IMG/VR virus record: IMGVR_UViG_3300029319_000006 | Location: 1-64,000 of that record | Source: a virus | DNA length: 64,000 bases | Direction: 5' to 3' (one strand) | Shown: positions 27,015 through 36,880 of the stretch, in pieces | How positions within the stretch are numbered: position 1 is the stretch's first letter | How the letters are laid out: each line of letters starts with the position of its first letter | Position numbers and translations under genes: made by a program | Notes under the pieces: generated by a model | What the model was told of the DNA's origin: nothing | The model's input: only the letters and a program-made list of their open reading frames with translations | Databases searched by the model: none

Positions 27015-27955
27015 TATTGTATTACTCCATGTTTGTATGCATATTCTAATGCATTATTAGCTTCTATATCCATTGGTCTATTTTCATACCATTTTCCAGT
27101 ATCTATATCAAATTGTCTACACATAGTCACTATTTGATCTGCTGTAATTGGATAACCTCTTTCTATAGCTTTTCCAGCAATAGCTATCATTATACAATAC
27201 ATTTGTCTATACCACCCTGTTCCTGATATAGTTGTGTATTGAGCAGCTAAAGTCTGAGGCCAGAAAGGACAGTCTTTATATGAACTCCATACAATTGAAT
27301 TATTTTCTAGTTTACCTTTACGGTATTCAATTATTTGTTCTTTCCACGCATCAGGTAGACGATCTAAGAAGTTTTTGCTATCGACCTTGTCATTATACTT
27401 ATGCTTGCTCATTAACTCATCTGGATCAATGTCTGAACCATTCGTGTTAGAGAATATAAAATTGTAAGCATTAGCATAAGATGCAGGAATGAAATACATA
27501 CGAGATAAATCTTTAGTTTGTTTATCTCCGATTGACGCCATCTCTGTGTTGAGAGCGAACCAAAAGTGTTTGATTCGAGTCGCCTCAACTCTACATACAA
27601 GCGGGAATACCAATCTGAACTTAGGAGCCATACCACTACTGCTTGCAGTACTATAACAGATAAAATTCCAATGGTTAAACCTGGACCTAATATCATCTTC
27701 TACCTCGGTTCCATTAAGAGTATAATCATCCACATCAACAGCACACCAAGACTCCCAAGCAAGTACGTTTTTGTTGGATCTAGTGGTGTCAGCCACATAA
27801 GAAGCTGGTGAAATAAGTTGCGCATCTTTCTTTCCTCCCAAAGGAATATCTGATAGTTTATATAGGAATTTAGAAAACTGATCCCATGTATTGAAATCTA
27901 ATTTCTTATCAGTTTTATTATCATATTGATTTTTAAATATAGTAAGTGAATACAT
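27014..27955 (-). CDS. AEP-superfamily primase/PrimPol-like protein
   Basis: AVDVDD, YSTASS, KFRLVFPL, DLSRMYF. Confidence 0.7.
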   Translation of the reverse strand: MYSLTIFKNQYDNKTDKKLDFNTWDQFSKFLYKLSDIPLGGKKDAQLISPASYVADTTRSNKNVLAWESWCAVDVDDYTLNGTEVEDDIRSRFNHWNFICYSTASSSGMAPKFRLVFPLVCRVEATRIKHFWFALNTEMASIGDKQTKDLSRMYFIPASYANAYNFIFSNTNGSDIDPDELMSKHKYNDKVDSKNFLDRLPDAWKEQIIEYRKGKLENNSIVWSSYKDCPFWPQTLAAQYTTISGTGWYRQMYCIMIAIAGKAIERGYPITADQIVTMCRQFDIDTGKWYENRPMDIEANNALEYAYKHGVIQ

Positions 27956-30450
27956 TAACCAAAGAACTCCTCCAAAGTAGCTTTAGGTTCATCATCCCAT
28001 CCCACAACATCAAGAATACTACGTACGGGTTCGACAAACGACTTTTCATACATTTTATTATAATCTATAAATCTGTGTAAGTCAAGCTCTTTTGGAAGAT
28101 TAAGTGAATAAGATATAATATTTTCTCTCATAGGATTAGGAGTCATCAAGTATACAAACTTAATCTTTTCTCCATTCTTTATAGACTCATATAATTTTTC
28201 TAGTTTATTTTTCTTTATATAATGATTGTATAGTAAAGCTCCTCTGACATGAATAGGGGTAGCTTTTTTGTATATAATTTTACTATCATACCATTTGTCT
28301 ATATCAGAAACACCACGAGGAAACGAAACTTCTTCTGGTGGTAGAGATTTGAATTCCTTTTTAAATTCTCTAAGAAAGTCTTGAGTAGCTTGTTCTCCTT
28401 TAGTAAGTATAACATTAAATATCTGTTTGAACTTATCTCTACACACTTGAGGAGTAGATGACTTGACAGCTTCTACACCCATAACTTTTAGTTTAGGTTC
28501 AGCATAACGAACACCTTCATTATCATGCACTTGCATAAAGTATCTTTTCTTAGCAATCCACACAGCCTTATCAGCAATAACTTCTCTTGACATTTCCATA
28601 CGATTGTCATATGCATTGACTTTCTTAGCAAGAGCTGCATATGCTTTAGTAAGAATCTTTTCAAAATGTTCCTTACTAATCTTATCTAAGAACTTAACAG
28701 GATCCTTAGGAGTAAACTTATCTACAACACCTTTCATATTAACATATAATGAATCTGTATCAATAGCTATAACATAATCTTCATTAAGAGTATCTAACAA
28801 AGTGTTCATTTCTTTATTAATAGCTCTCTCAGCCCAACGAATAGATAACTGACCAGATGTTGTAATAGCTTCTGCAACTCTATGATCAAAGTATCTAAAA
28901 TAATTATTACCTAGAGCTCCGTACAAACTATTCATAAGAATCTTGATAGCCATCTGATTATTTTCTAATGTAACTATTTCATTTTCTAATCTTTTAGTTG
29001 GTGTTTTCTCATATTCTTGTTGAGCTTCTAACATACGATTTTTTATCGCACGACGCTCATCATAATATTGTTTAATAACTTTAGGTATAATACCTTCATC
29101 ATCTTTTCTGAATCTCTGACCAGATGCAGCCATTGTACTATCTAAATCATTCTCACCTGATCTATTAGCAAGTACTTTATCTACATCTACACCTGGAACT
29201 TTACCTTCAATTAATGTTTCTGGTGACATATTATATTGAACGATAATATTAGGATACAATGAGTTCAAGTCAAAAGACACAACCCAATCATGCATACCAG
29301 TTTGAGGTTCTTTTACATAAGCACCAGGATAAGCAGTCTTAACTTGAGCTATCTTAGGAGGAACTACAATCTGCTTCTTGTTTAAGATATTGTATATAAT
29401 GGAATCCCATATAGAAGTAGTACCAAAAGTTTCACTATAGTTAACTCTACCTCTATATGCCATAGTCATAGCAAGAGTAATAAGACCCATCTTCTCTTCT
29501 AATCTATCAACAAGCTGAACATCTTTTATATTATAGTCAATAAACTTTTGAAAGTCAGACTTGTATAGGTTAAGAAGATTACCATGCTCTTCATAAGAAA
29601 GTTTTTTCTCTCCAAGAACTACATTAGCAATACTATCTAACTTATAGGATTCTTGTTGACCATATGCATATCCAAACTTACGAAACAAATCATAATAGTC
29701 TAGTTGTTGAATACCAGACATCTCATATGCTTGGTTAGGACGACCAGCTATAATTATTTCTCGTGAATCCACAACACCCCATGGAGAAAACTTACGATAG
29801 GTATCTCCACCTATAATATTTTTTACACGATTAATAAGATAAGGAAAATCAAAAAGACGAGTGTTCCATCCAGTAACAACATCTGGACAAGTCTTATGAT
29901 CATGCCAAACTTGTAACCAAGAAAGTAACAAATCGATTTCAGTGTTACATTTGATATATTGTACTTTAACATTATCAACAACACACTTGTCAGGATCATA
30001 ATCGTATAGTCCCCATACTCTATAGATATTATCTATATTATTTTTCATAGTAATAGAAACTACAGGATGGGCTGCTTGATCAGCAAATGGAAAACCATCA
30101 TCAGATGCAACCTCAATATCAATAGTAGTTACATTTATTTTTGATCTATCAAACTTTATATCTTTTTCATACTTATCACATATAAATTGTGTTACATAGT
30201 TAGTAGTACCATAGACAGGAAAATTGTCTACTTGTTCATATCGTTTGAAAAAATCACTAGCTTCTCTCATTGTGTCAAACGTCTTAGGTATTACTGGTTC
30301 GTTTTGTAGATTATTCCAACCAGTTTCCTTATCTGTTTTTACAAATAGTGTGGGAGTATATGGTACCTTTTTAGATACACGTTGACCATTCTCAAATCCT
30401 CGAAAGAGAATATTATTGCCATAACGATTTACAGATGTATAAAATTTCAT
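27955..30450 (-). CDS. 43: family B DNA polymerase (T4 gp43)
   Basis: DIEV, FDLNSLYP, K...NSLYG, IDTDS, KKRY; start reassigned to MKFYTSV. Confidence 0.97.
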   Translation of the reverse strand: MKFYTSVNRYGNNILFRGFENGQRVSKKVPYTPTLFVKTDKETGWNNLQNEPVIPKTFDTMREASDFFKRYEQVDNFPVYGTTNYVTQFICDKYEKDIKFDRSKINVTTIDIEVASDDGFPFADQAAHPVVSITMKNNIDNIYRVWGLYDYDPDKCVVDNVKVQYIKCNTEIDLLLSWLQVWHDHKTCPDVVTGWNTRLFDFPYLINRVKNIIGGDTYRKFSPWGVVDSREIIIAGRPNQAYEMSGIQQLDYYDLFRKFGYAYGQQESYKLDSIANVVLGEKKLSYEEHGNLLNLYKSDFQKFIDYNIKDVQLVDRLEEKMGLITLAMTMAYRGRVNYSETFGTTSIWDSIIYNILNKKQIVVPPKIAQVKTAYPGAYVKEPQTGMHDWVVSFDLNSLYPNIIVQYNMSPETLIEGKVPGVDVDKVLANRSGENDLDSTMAASGQRFRKDDEGIIPKVIKQYYDERRAIKNRMLEAQQEYEKTPTKRLENEIVTLENNQMAIKILMNSLYGALGNNYFRYFDHRVAEAITTSGQLSIRWAERAINKEMNTLLDTLNEDYVIAIDTDSLYVNMKGVVDKFTPKDPVKFLDKISKEHFEKILTKAYAALAKKVNAYDNRMEMSREVIADKAVWIAKKRYFMQVHDNEGVRYAEPKLKVMGVEAVKSSTPQVCRDKFKQIFNVILTKGEQATQDFLREFKKEFKSLPPEEVSFPRGVSDIDKWYDSKIIYKKATPIHVRGALLYNHYIKKNKLEKLYESIKNGEKIKFVYLMTPNPMRENIISYSLNLPKELDLHRFIDYNKMYEKSFVEPVRSILDVVGWDDEPKATLEEFFG

Positions 30451-30456
30451 ACAACT

Positions 30457-30485
30457 ATTATATGAACTTTTTAAACAAAGTGCAA
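30457..30485 (-). promoter_or_regulatory. sigma70-type promoter (TTGCAC-17bp-TATAAT) of gp43
   Basis: -10 box ends 6 nt before the ATG. Confidence 0.7.
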
Positions 30486-30488
30486 CTG

Positions 30489-30692
30489 TTATTTTTCTTC
30501 TGATGGAATTAATTCCCATTCACCCTTAAAATCTTTCCTTGCTTTTACGTAGCCTTCATTAATTAAATACATAACTGTTTGGTCAATAATATCATTAGTT
30601 TGTTGACGACCCCAGTTAAGCCCTATCATAAAAGCGCAGAAAGATATAGCACCTATAAAAATCCAAGTTATAAGTTCAGGGGATAAAAACAT
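30489..30692 (-). CDS. small membrane protein
   Basis: N-terminal TM. Confidence 0.6.
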   Translation of the reverse strand: MFLSPELITWIFIGAISFCAFMIGLNWGRQQTNDIIDQTVMYLINEGYVKARKDFKGEWELIPSEEK

Positions 30693-30694
30693 AA

Positions 30695-30949
30695 TTACAC
30701 AAACGCCGTTACGTTAGCTACTCTAAAAGATCTAAATTGTTCTTTATTAACATCAAAGACTGGAAGTACTTCTTCGTTAACTTGACGAACTTTCTTTTGA
30801 GTAATAGGATCTGATTTAGTAGCTGGAGGTAATAGATCAGGTTTAAGTGTACACTGCATTACTCTCTCTTCTCCATTTACTTTATTAAAAGTAACAGTAT
30901 GGACATTTTCAGATAATTTCGAAATCATCTCTTCTCGGGACATAATCAT
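30695..30949 (-). CDS. conserved SH3/WYL-like T4-type hypothetical
   Basis: VTF.KVNGEER.M.CTL ... VFD....FRSFR. Confidence 0.65.
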   Translation of the reverse strand: MIMSREEMISKLSENVHTVTFNKVNGEERVMQCTLKPDLLPPATKSDPITQKKVRQVNEEVLPVFDVNKEQFRSFRVANVTAFV

Positions 30950-31739
30950 TTATAAAGCTCCTTAGTTCATTTAAGTTTTTCAAAATTAGCGATTTAGGAC
31001 CTCCAGTATTCCTTGATACTTGTCTCCAGGTTGACAAAGTTACTAGCGGCTTATCATAATGATATGCTATTTGTTGTCCTAAACCTTCATAACCAATACA
31101 GAGCTGCGCATGAGCAATAGTTTCAAATATTTTTTCTATGCTATCTCTATATGTAATTATTCTATAATTATAGTCTATTTCATTCAAATACTCCAGAAAA
31201 TCTTTCTTTTCGATAGGCATTTTTTCTTTTGGTACAGGTTCTAAATTATCAAAAGGATGCCATATAGCAAAATAATCTTGAGTAGATGGAGTTAAAACTC
31301 TATTACGAGTTAACAGTTGAGGGTGGCCTAACTCTTTAGATACTATATGCTGAATATCTTTTCTAAGTAAATTCGTATATTGATCTTTATATTTATTGAT
31401 AGGACATACTTCAACTTCAAATTCATTAAAGTGATAGTATTCAAGAATTTTATGAATATGATCTGATGGTTTTTCCATTACATATTTTATAGTAATAGGT
31501 CTACCAGTACGTTTTCTAATCGCAACCGCATAGGAGGCTAGGCGAATTATATCGCCATAGCCTTCACTATTTTGCGTAATCATTAGAAGACCATCATCTT
31601 CTACTTCTTGAATTTTAGCCTGTTTAATCCCAATCATTATCGAACCTTTTATAAATGCTATCCAAGCAACAGTATAGTCATCTATTCCTAGTTTATTTTT
31701 CCACCATTCTACTTGTTTTTTATACCATTCTTTTAACAT
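30909..31739 (-). CDS. glycosyltransferase-like protein (GT9-type)
   Basis: GYGDII, IAHAQLCIGYEG...IA..YDKP. Confidence 0.5.
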   Translation of the reverse strand: MLKEWYKKQVEWWKNKLGIDDYTVAWIAFIKGSIMIGIKQAKIQEVEDDGLLMITQNSEGYGDIIRLASYAVAIRKRTGRPITIKYVMEKPSDHIHKILEYYHFNEFEVEVCPINKYKDQYTNLLRKDIQHIVSKELGHPQLLTRNRVLTPSTQDYFAIWHPFDNLEPVPKEKMPIEKKDFLEYLNEIDYNYRIITYRDSIEKIFETIAHAQLCIGYEGLGQQIAYHYDKPLVTLSTWRQVSRNTGGPKSLILKNLNELRSFINDYVPRRDDFEII

Positions 31740-31744
31740 GAAGT

Positions 31745-31752
31745 TATTTATA
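31745..31752 (-). promoter_or_regulatory. late promoter TATAAATA
   Basis: Exact consensus. Confidence 0.55.
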
Positions 31753-31753
31753 T

Positions 31754-31777
31754 AAAAAAAGGGGCTAGAGCCCCTTT
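31754..31777 (-). terminator. rho-independent terminator
   Basis: AAAGGGGCTCTAGCCCCTTTTTTT. Confidence 0.75.
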
Positions 31778-31779
31778 AG

Positions 31780-31956
31780 TTATACCCAACCTCTTAAATT
31801 AGGATTTACAGACACTAGTGTTTTGTGTCCATTCCACAGAAGTTTTTGTCTTCTTTCTAATTCTACAAGGTCTTGTGACTCTGCAAGCCAATCGTGTTCT
31901 AATTCTTTTATACTACGTGGTTTAAAAAAATTAAAAATTGCTTTTATTATCTTCAT
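31780..31956 (-). CDS. 58-aa DUF3563-like protein
   Basis: WLAESQDLVELERRQK; ATGA-coupled; missed by ORF track. Confidence 0.6.
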   Translation of the reverse strand: MKIIKAIFNFFKPRSIKELEHDWLAESQDLVELERRQKLLWNGHKTLVSVNPNLRGWV

Positions 31957-32201
31957 TTTAAACCCATCCTTTCATCTAGCTCACGAGCTAGCATTTCAAC
32001 AGTATGATAAGGATAATCACTTTTACAGTGTTGTAACATTTGAGCTGCTACAACTCTATTAGCTGATTTTTGACGGGCGTTTTGCCAGCCAATAAAAATA
32101 CAAGTTAATGTATTTTTTAAAGTTTTGAAGATGCTTTCAAGCAGATTCGTTGAGTAGTTGAGCACTAGAGTTGTCATTGGTTTTCCTCCCAGTTTTTCCA
32201 A
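31953..32201 (-). CDS. hypothetical protein (hsp20 operon)
   Basis: GGAGG SD before MTTLV. Confidence 0.6.
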   Translation of the reverse strand: MEKLGGKPMTTLVLNYSTNLLESIFKTLKNTLTCIFIGWQNARQKSANRVVAAQMLQHCKSDYPYHTVEMLARELDERMGLK

Positions 32202-32604
32202 TTGAAATTTTCTGGGGTCGCATCTTTTCAGGAAGGACTACTTCGATAGAGACAGTAAGTATCCCATCCATCATTTCTGCACCACTGACTTCTGCGTATT
32301 CCGATAACCTAAACGATTTGTAGAATTTACGACCACTTATTCCTTTATGAACATATTGTTCTTGATCTCTTCTTTGTTCACGCTCACCCTTGATGGATAA
32401 CACGTGATCCTTGAGTTCAATTTCAATATCATCTTGAGAAAATCCAGCAATAGCCAATTCAATATCATACTTCATGTCGCCATTTTTGACTACATTGTGA
32501 GGTGGATATGAATCTTTTGCGTGATTTGTTACTCGTTCGAGTTCGTCGAATAAATGATCGAAACCTAAAAATGCGTTTCGTGGAAAATGGAAATTACCAG
32601 TCAT
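32137..32604 (-). CDS. small heat shock protein (Hsp20/IbpA family)
   Basis: GFD.LF, YPPHN, IELAIAGF, HKGIS.R.F...F.L, DGIL. Confidence 0.95.
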   Translation of the reverse strand: MTGNFHFPRNAFLGFDHLFDELERVTNHAKDSYPPHNVVKNGDMKYDIELAIAGFSQDDIEIELKDHVLSIKGEREQRRDQEQYVHKGISGRKFYKSFRLSEYAEVSGAEMMDGILTVSIEVVLPEKMRPQKISIGKTGRKTNDNSSAQLLNESA

Positions 32605-32630
32605 TGTTGCCTCCTTTATTAAGCAAGGTT
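32605..32630 (-). promoter_or_regulatory. ROSE-like RNA thermometer hairpin occluding the SD
   Basis: CCUUGCUU-AAUA-AAGGAGG: UUGCU opposite AGGA. Confidence 0.6.
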
Positions 32631-32691
32631 AAAATATACAGCCCCCTCTATTGGGCAGCCAATAGTATATATAATATTTAAAATTTAGAAT

Positions 32692-33924
32692 TCAACATCC
32701 ATTGTAAGAATCTTCAAATAAAATTCTTTCCAGGATCTCTAATACATGCTCACTATTATCTTTTGATGGAAAATTATCTTGAATAGCTTGTTTAATACAA
32801 TTTCTAGTAAATGGTAATGGAAATCTTTTTCCTTCTGAATTTCTTCCAGTATTAATTAAATAAACATTACAATTGTGTCTAGTTATTTTTTGCATTAATA
32901 AATCACTGTACCATGATATTGGTCTAGGCATAAATGGAGATCCATAACATGGTGAACAAACTCTTGTTATTTGATCTGATCCTGCTTCTGTTCCAGGCAT
33001 TTGACTTGTGTATCCAGTTTCAAAAAACTTACGAACAGTTTCACCACTTATTTTACTTATTGGAGGAAATGCTCCTTCTGCATCCATAGTTAAGAAAAAT
33101 ATATTATTTGCATGACCAAAATCTTGAGGTTCCGAATAAGCATTATCTACCATAGATATAGGATAACTTAATCTAGCGTTAGCAACACCAGGATTTTCAA
33201 CTACTAAACATGACATATTCTTTGCATTTTCAACTGCATTAAAAATAGTTTCATGTGTCTCAGGTGTTAGACCTTCGCTTTTTGCATAACAACCTACTTC
33301 TATCATTCTTATTCCATCATCAGTCCAAGCTATTTCATCATCACCTATAAGTTCAAAATCAGGATCACTACTAAGAGTTGTTTTGCCTGTCCCGCTTAAT
33401 CCAAACATAAGATTAGTAGTATTGTTGTAAGTGAATGCACTACAATGCATTGGAAGAATACCACGTCTAGGTAATTCAAAACTCATAATACCAAATATAC
33501 CTTTTTTTATTTCACCAAGAAATGTTGTACCAGCTATCAATACAAGTCTTGAATCTAAATGAATATAAATTTTAGGTTGATCTAATTTTAATTCTGTGTT
33601 ATGTAATATCTGCCAATCTTGCATTACTAAATTTGTAACACCATTATCAAACTCATATATTTCTTCAAACATATTTCGAATAAATTGAGCATGTCTATCA
33701 TCATTAGTTCTAATTCTAAACTTTTTATCAAATACATTTACACAAATATTGTGATCGTATTTTAGATTACACATTTGAGACCAGAATTTATCAAAGTCTT
33801 CTTGTTTACCTATTTTATTGTATTTGGGTCTTGATGTATCTAAACATTTAGTCTTATGACCAAAGTAAAATTTATTTTCAGGGCTTCGACCAGTTGGACT
33901 AGTCTTAATAGTATAATTTGGCAT
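32692..33924 (-). CDS. pckA: phosphoenolpyruvate carboxykinase (ATP), compact form
   Basis: TGRSP, GEIKKG, PMHCSA, FGLSGTGKTTLS, LIGDDE, GCYAK, YLINTG. Confidence 0.9.
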   Translation of the reverse strand: MPNYTIKTSPTGRSPENKFYFGHKTKCLDTSRPKYNKIGKQEDFDKFWSQMCNLKYDHNICVNVFDKKFRIRTNDDRHAQFIRNMFEEIYEFDNGVTNLVMQDWQILHNTELKLDQPKIYIHLDSRLVLIAGTTFLGEIKKGIFGIMSFELPRRGILPMHCSAFTYNNTTNLMFGLSGTGKTTLSSDPDFELIGDDEIAWTDDGIRMIEVGCYAKSEGLTPETHETIFNAVENAKNMSCLVVENPGVANARLSYPISMVDNAYSEPQDFGHANNIFFLTMDAEGAFPPISKISGETVRKFFETGYTSQMPGTEAGSDQITRVCSPCYGSPFMPRPISWYSDLLMQKITRHNCNVYLINTGRNSEGKRFPLPFTRNCIKQAIQDNFPSKDNSEHVLEILERILFEDSYNGC

Positions 33925-33927
33925 AAT

Positions 33928-34356
33928 TTATCCTGGCATTGTAAAAAGAGCTTTTATTCCATCATTTACTTTAATTGGTTTACGAGCAAATATAACCCAC
34001 TTAATGGCGTAAATAGTATCTTGTGTAGTACAAAATTCTCTAAAACTTGTTCCTGTAGTATAGACATCATCACATACTAATAAAGGATCATCTGGATTGT
34101 TAGAAGCATATTTGTTAAGAGCATTTTGTAAAGGAACACCTCCTCTAGGAATTCCAATAGCTTTTCTAAATGGTTCTTTTTGATAATCCATTATCATTGT
34201 AGCAAGTGCTCTCCACTCTGTATGATCTATAGCATCACATTCAATTTTCCATTTAAGTGGTAATCCTGCATGTGATTTGAAATCACCTATTTGAAATAAT
34301 CTTATAAATTCAAAATTAGGAACAGTTGTGGTATCAAATTGTTCATCAAACATCAT
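33928..34356 (-). CDS. orotate phosphoribosyltransferase-like
   Basis: GDF.SHAG, GIPRGG, VCDDVYTTGTS. Confidence 0.75.
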   Translation of the reverse strand: MMFDEQFDTTTVPNFEFIRLFQIGDFKSHAGLPLKWKIECDAIDHTEWRALATMIMDYQKEPFRKAIGIPRGGVPLQNALNKYASNNPDDPLLVCDDVYTTGTSFREFCTTQDTIYAIKWVIFARKPIKVNDGIKALFTMPG

Positions 34357-34546
34357 CTATCACCTTTACTATAGGTTCTTCAGAAGTTGCATCTATATAA
34401 TCTTCTTTATTACTGTAAAAAGATCTTGTTACAACATGTTTAACTAACATATCGTTTTTTATTTTATATGTAATCAATTCTTGTTTTACAATATTATGAT
34501 CATCTTGATCAGCCGCAATTTTCAATGGACCTGGTTTCATAATCAT
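34346..34546 (-). CDS. hypothetical protein
   Basis: Coupled ORF. Confidence 0.55.
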   Translation of the reverse strand: MIMKPGPLKIAADQDDHNIVKQELITYKIKNDMLVKHVVTRSFYSNKEDYIDATSEEPIVKVIDDV

Positions 34547-35043
34547 ACTATATCCTCTATTTTCATAGCTTCATACTTTTCCATTGGTTGATGTATCCAA
34601 GGATTATCAGGCAATAGATCAACATAATAATCAGGTGTATATTCTGAACAACCTTTCATCCATAGTACTGCTGTTCTAACATCATCTATAAAAAAACCAT
34701 GATAATGTTTTAAATATTGTAAACTCTTTTCTAATGTTTTACCAGAGTCTGCTAAATCATCTACTAATATAACTTTATTACCCAGATTAGGAGTTGTCTT
34801 GGCTAACGAATTAGAAAAAATTAATTGTCCTTGTTTATCTTTCACTTTATCTCCATGATAAGATTCAGCAGCCATAATAGCTAATGGAACATCAAACAAT
34901 CTAGCAAATACATCTCCAACTCTCAACCCCCCTTTTGCTATACACACAACTTGATTAAATTCAAAACCATCACCGTGTATTTTTTTTGCTAACTTTTCAA
35001 TATCTCTTTCATATCGATCCCATGATATATTTAAACCAGTCAT
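34543..35043 (-). CDS. purine (xanthine/guanine-type) phosphoribosyltransferase
   Basis: IAKGGL, VILVDDLADSGKT, PDYY, WI..P.E. Confidence 0.85.
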   Translation of the reverse strand: MTGLNISWDRYERDIEKLAKKIHGDGFEFNQVVCIAKGGLRVGDVFARLFDVPLAIMAAESYHGDKVKDKQGQLIFSNSLAKTTPNLGNKVILVDDLADSGKTLEKSLQYLKHYHGFFIDDVRTAVLWMKGCSEYTPDYYVDLLPDNPWIHQPMEKYEAMKIEDIV

Positions 35044-35564
35044 TTTTTCTCCTTTATTCCAAATGATAATAATAGTCTTGATGAGTCTGGATATGCTGCA
35101 TGATGTATTCCTTTTGGAATATAAAGCCATTCACCTCTTTTTAATCTTTTAGATATAGTTGATCTAGTAGTCATAGTTTTCTTTATATCATCATAATCAC
35201 AACCATCTTCAAATACTCTCCAATTGCATTCACCCATTACTTGAACTACAAATACTGTCATTCCATCAGTGTGAGGAGGAGATGCTCTTGAATTTATCCC
35301 TAGTCCTGCATACACATGGACAGAATCCATTTTTAGATTAAAATTTTCTATTTGTTTTTTAACATAAGACATCAAAGGGAAAAATAAATTTTTTCGTTCA
35401 AAATTTAATCCAACAAATATTTTTCTTGTGTCTTGACTACGTTTATTAGTATTTGGATGACGAGCTATACTATCAAACCATGGTATTATTTGATCCCATG
35501 TTGGATAATAATCGTCGTTGATTTTAAACTTACCTTGTTGTACTTTATCAGGGGAAAAGTTCAT
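35040..35564 (-). CDS. JmjC/cupin oxygenase
   Basis: PHTD, FVVQV.G...W, GEWLYIPKG.HH.A. Confidence 0.75.
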   Translation of the reverse strand: MNFSPDKVQQGKFKINDDYYPTWDQIIPWFDSIARHPNTNKRSQDTRKIFVGLNFERKNLFFPLMSYVKKQIENFNLKMDSVHVYAGLGINSRASPPHTDGMTVFVVQVMGECNWRVFEDGCDYDDIKKTMTTRSTISKRLKRGEWLYIPKGIHHAAYPDSSRLLLSFGIKEKK

Positions 35565-35797
35565 AATTTTATTGCTAATATAATTAAAATACCAATTAAC
35601 AGTATGTTGGTTAATATCATTTGAACACATAATATTAAATGATACCATACCCATCTGTGTTTATATAAAGTATGAATATTTACTTTAGTGTCAACATCTG
35701 CAGAATCCAATAATTCTCTTTCAATATTATCTTCAGGTTTTTTTATAGTAGGTGAAAGAGATTTTATACTATTTGTAAATTGTTTCAACCAATCCAT
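35561..35797 (-). CDS. small membrane protein
   Basis: C-terminal TM. Confidence 0.6.
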   Translation of the reverse strand: MDWLKQFTNSIKSLSPTIKKPEDNIERELLDSADVDTKVNIHTLYKHRWVWYHLILCVQMILTNILLIGILIILAIKL

Positions 35798-35799
35798 AA

Positions 35800-36204
35800 T
35801 TACTTGTTTCCAATATTATATTTTGGACATAACTCCCACTGATCTTTTTCTTTAAATGGTAAAATTTTTATTAATCTTAATGGAGCACAATCAAGGTTTG
35901 TTTTAGTTATTTCAACCAAACCCCAATCACTCATAAGTGTAGCAATTGTATTTCGTCTTTGAATATCTGATAATTCTAAGTTAGCTTTTTTTCCATCTAA
36001 CATAAACAATTCTTTAAAATGTACAATGAAGTATCTACCTTGTTTATGCAAAATGTGACACGATTGAAATAGCTTTTTATCTTTCCTAGATGCTACTCCA
36101 ATTCGTGTAAGTGTTTCTCTGACTTTAAGAAAATCATCTGGTTCGTTTAAAGTTACTTCCAACATATCTGCTGGAGACCACTCTACAATATTATTTTCTT
36201 CCAC
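35800..36204 (-). CDS. regA: translational repressor RegA
   Basis: DDFLKVRETLTRIG, QSCHILHKQG.YFIVHFKELF. Confidence 0.97.
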   Translation of the reverse strand: MEENNIVEWSPADMLEVTLNEPDDFLKVRETLTRIGVASRKDKKLFQSCHILHKQGRYFIVHFKELFMLDGKKANLELSDIQRRNTIATLMSDWGLVEITKTNLDCAPLRLIKILPFKEKDQWELCPKYNIGNK

Positions 36205-36568
36205 CTTTACTCACCTTCTCTGTTATAATTTTTATTTGTTCAGGTGATAGGAGATGCCAGACTTGGCGTGCTTTATCATTGCTGTAGCCATAGTATTTTT
36301 TGATCACCTCAATATCACATTCCGTTTCAGGTTTAATCCATTTGGAAAATCTGTTACGCTTTCGAACGATATTTATAAGAAAGTGATATTGGAGTTTATT
36401 ACTAATATGGTGGAAACGATTCATTATATTTGCCATACCAACAGTATCATAAAAATATGATAATGATCTATTAATCATAAAAGGAGCATAGACTTTTTCA
36501 GCTATGTCATCTTCCATAATATCTTTTTTAGATGTATTAATACTATTCAAATATTGAAAAGGGTTCAT
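36191..36568 (-). CDS. 62: clamp loader small subunit (gp62)
   Basis: PFMINRSLS, YYGYS..KA; position before regA. Confidence 0.9.
   Translation of the reverse strand: MNPFQYLNSINTSKKDIMEDDIAEKVYAPFMINRSLSYFYDTVGMANIMNRFHHISNKLQYHFLINIVRKRNRFSKWIKPETECDIEVIKKYYGYSNDKARQVWHLLSPEQIKIITEKVSKGGRK
36370..36377 (-). promoter_or_regulatory. possible late promoter inside gp62, upstream of regA
   Basis: Exact TATAAATA, intragenic. Confidence 0.4.
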
Positions 36569-36867
36569 TATATTGTTTGTTCTATTCCACTATCTTGCCA
36601 GGGCCATTCAAGTTTTTCTTCAGCTTTTTCTATTTCCTCTTTAAGATCTTGTACAGTTATCTCTTCTGTATTAGGATTCTTATTAATATGATAATCATTC
36701 AAATATACTTGAGGTACAGTAGTATGTCCTCTTTCTTTAAGGAATTTTCTAGCATTATATGAATGAGAAATATCTATAGTATAGTATTTTTTTCCTATTT
36801 CGTCAAGCATTGATTTCATTATTGTACAAAAACCACAATGAGGTTGGGTGTAAAGAAATATACTCAT
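36568..36867 (-). CDS. glutaredoxin
   Basis: CGFC, TVPQV. Confidence 0.85.
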   Translation of the reverse strand: MSIFLYTQPHCGFCTIMKSMLDEIGKKYYTIDISHSYNARKFLKERGHTTVPQVYLNDYHINKNPNTEEITVQDLKEEIEKAEEKLEWPWQDSGIEQTI

Positions 36868-36880
36868 TTTTTTTCTCCTT

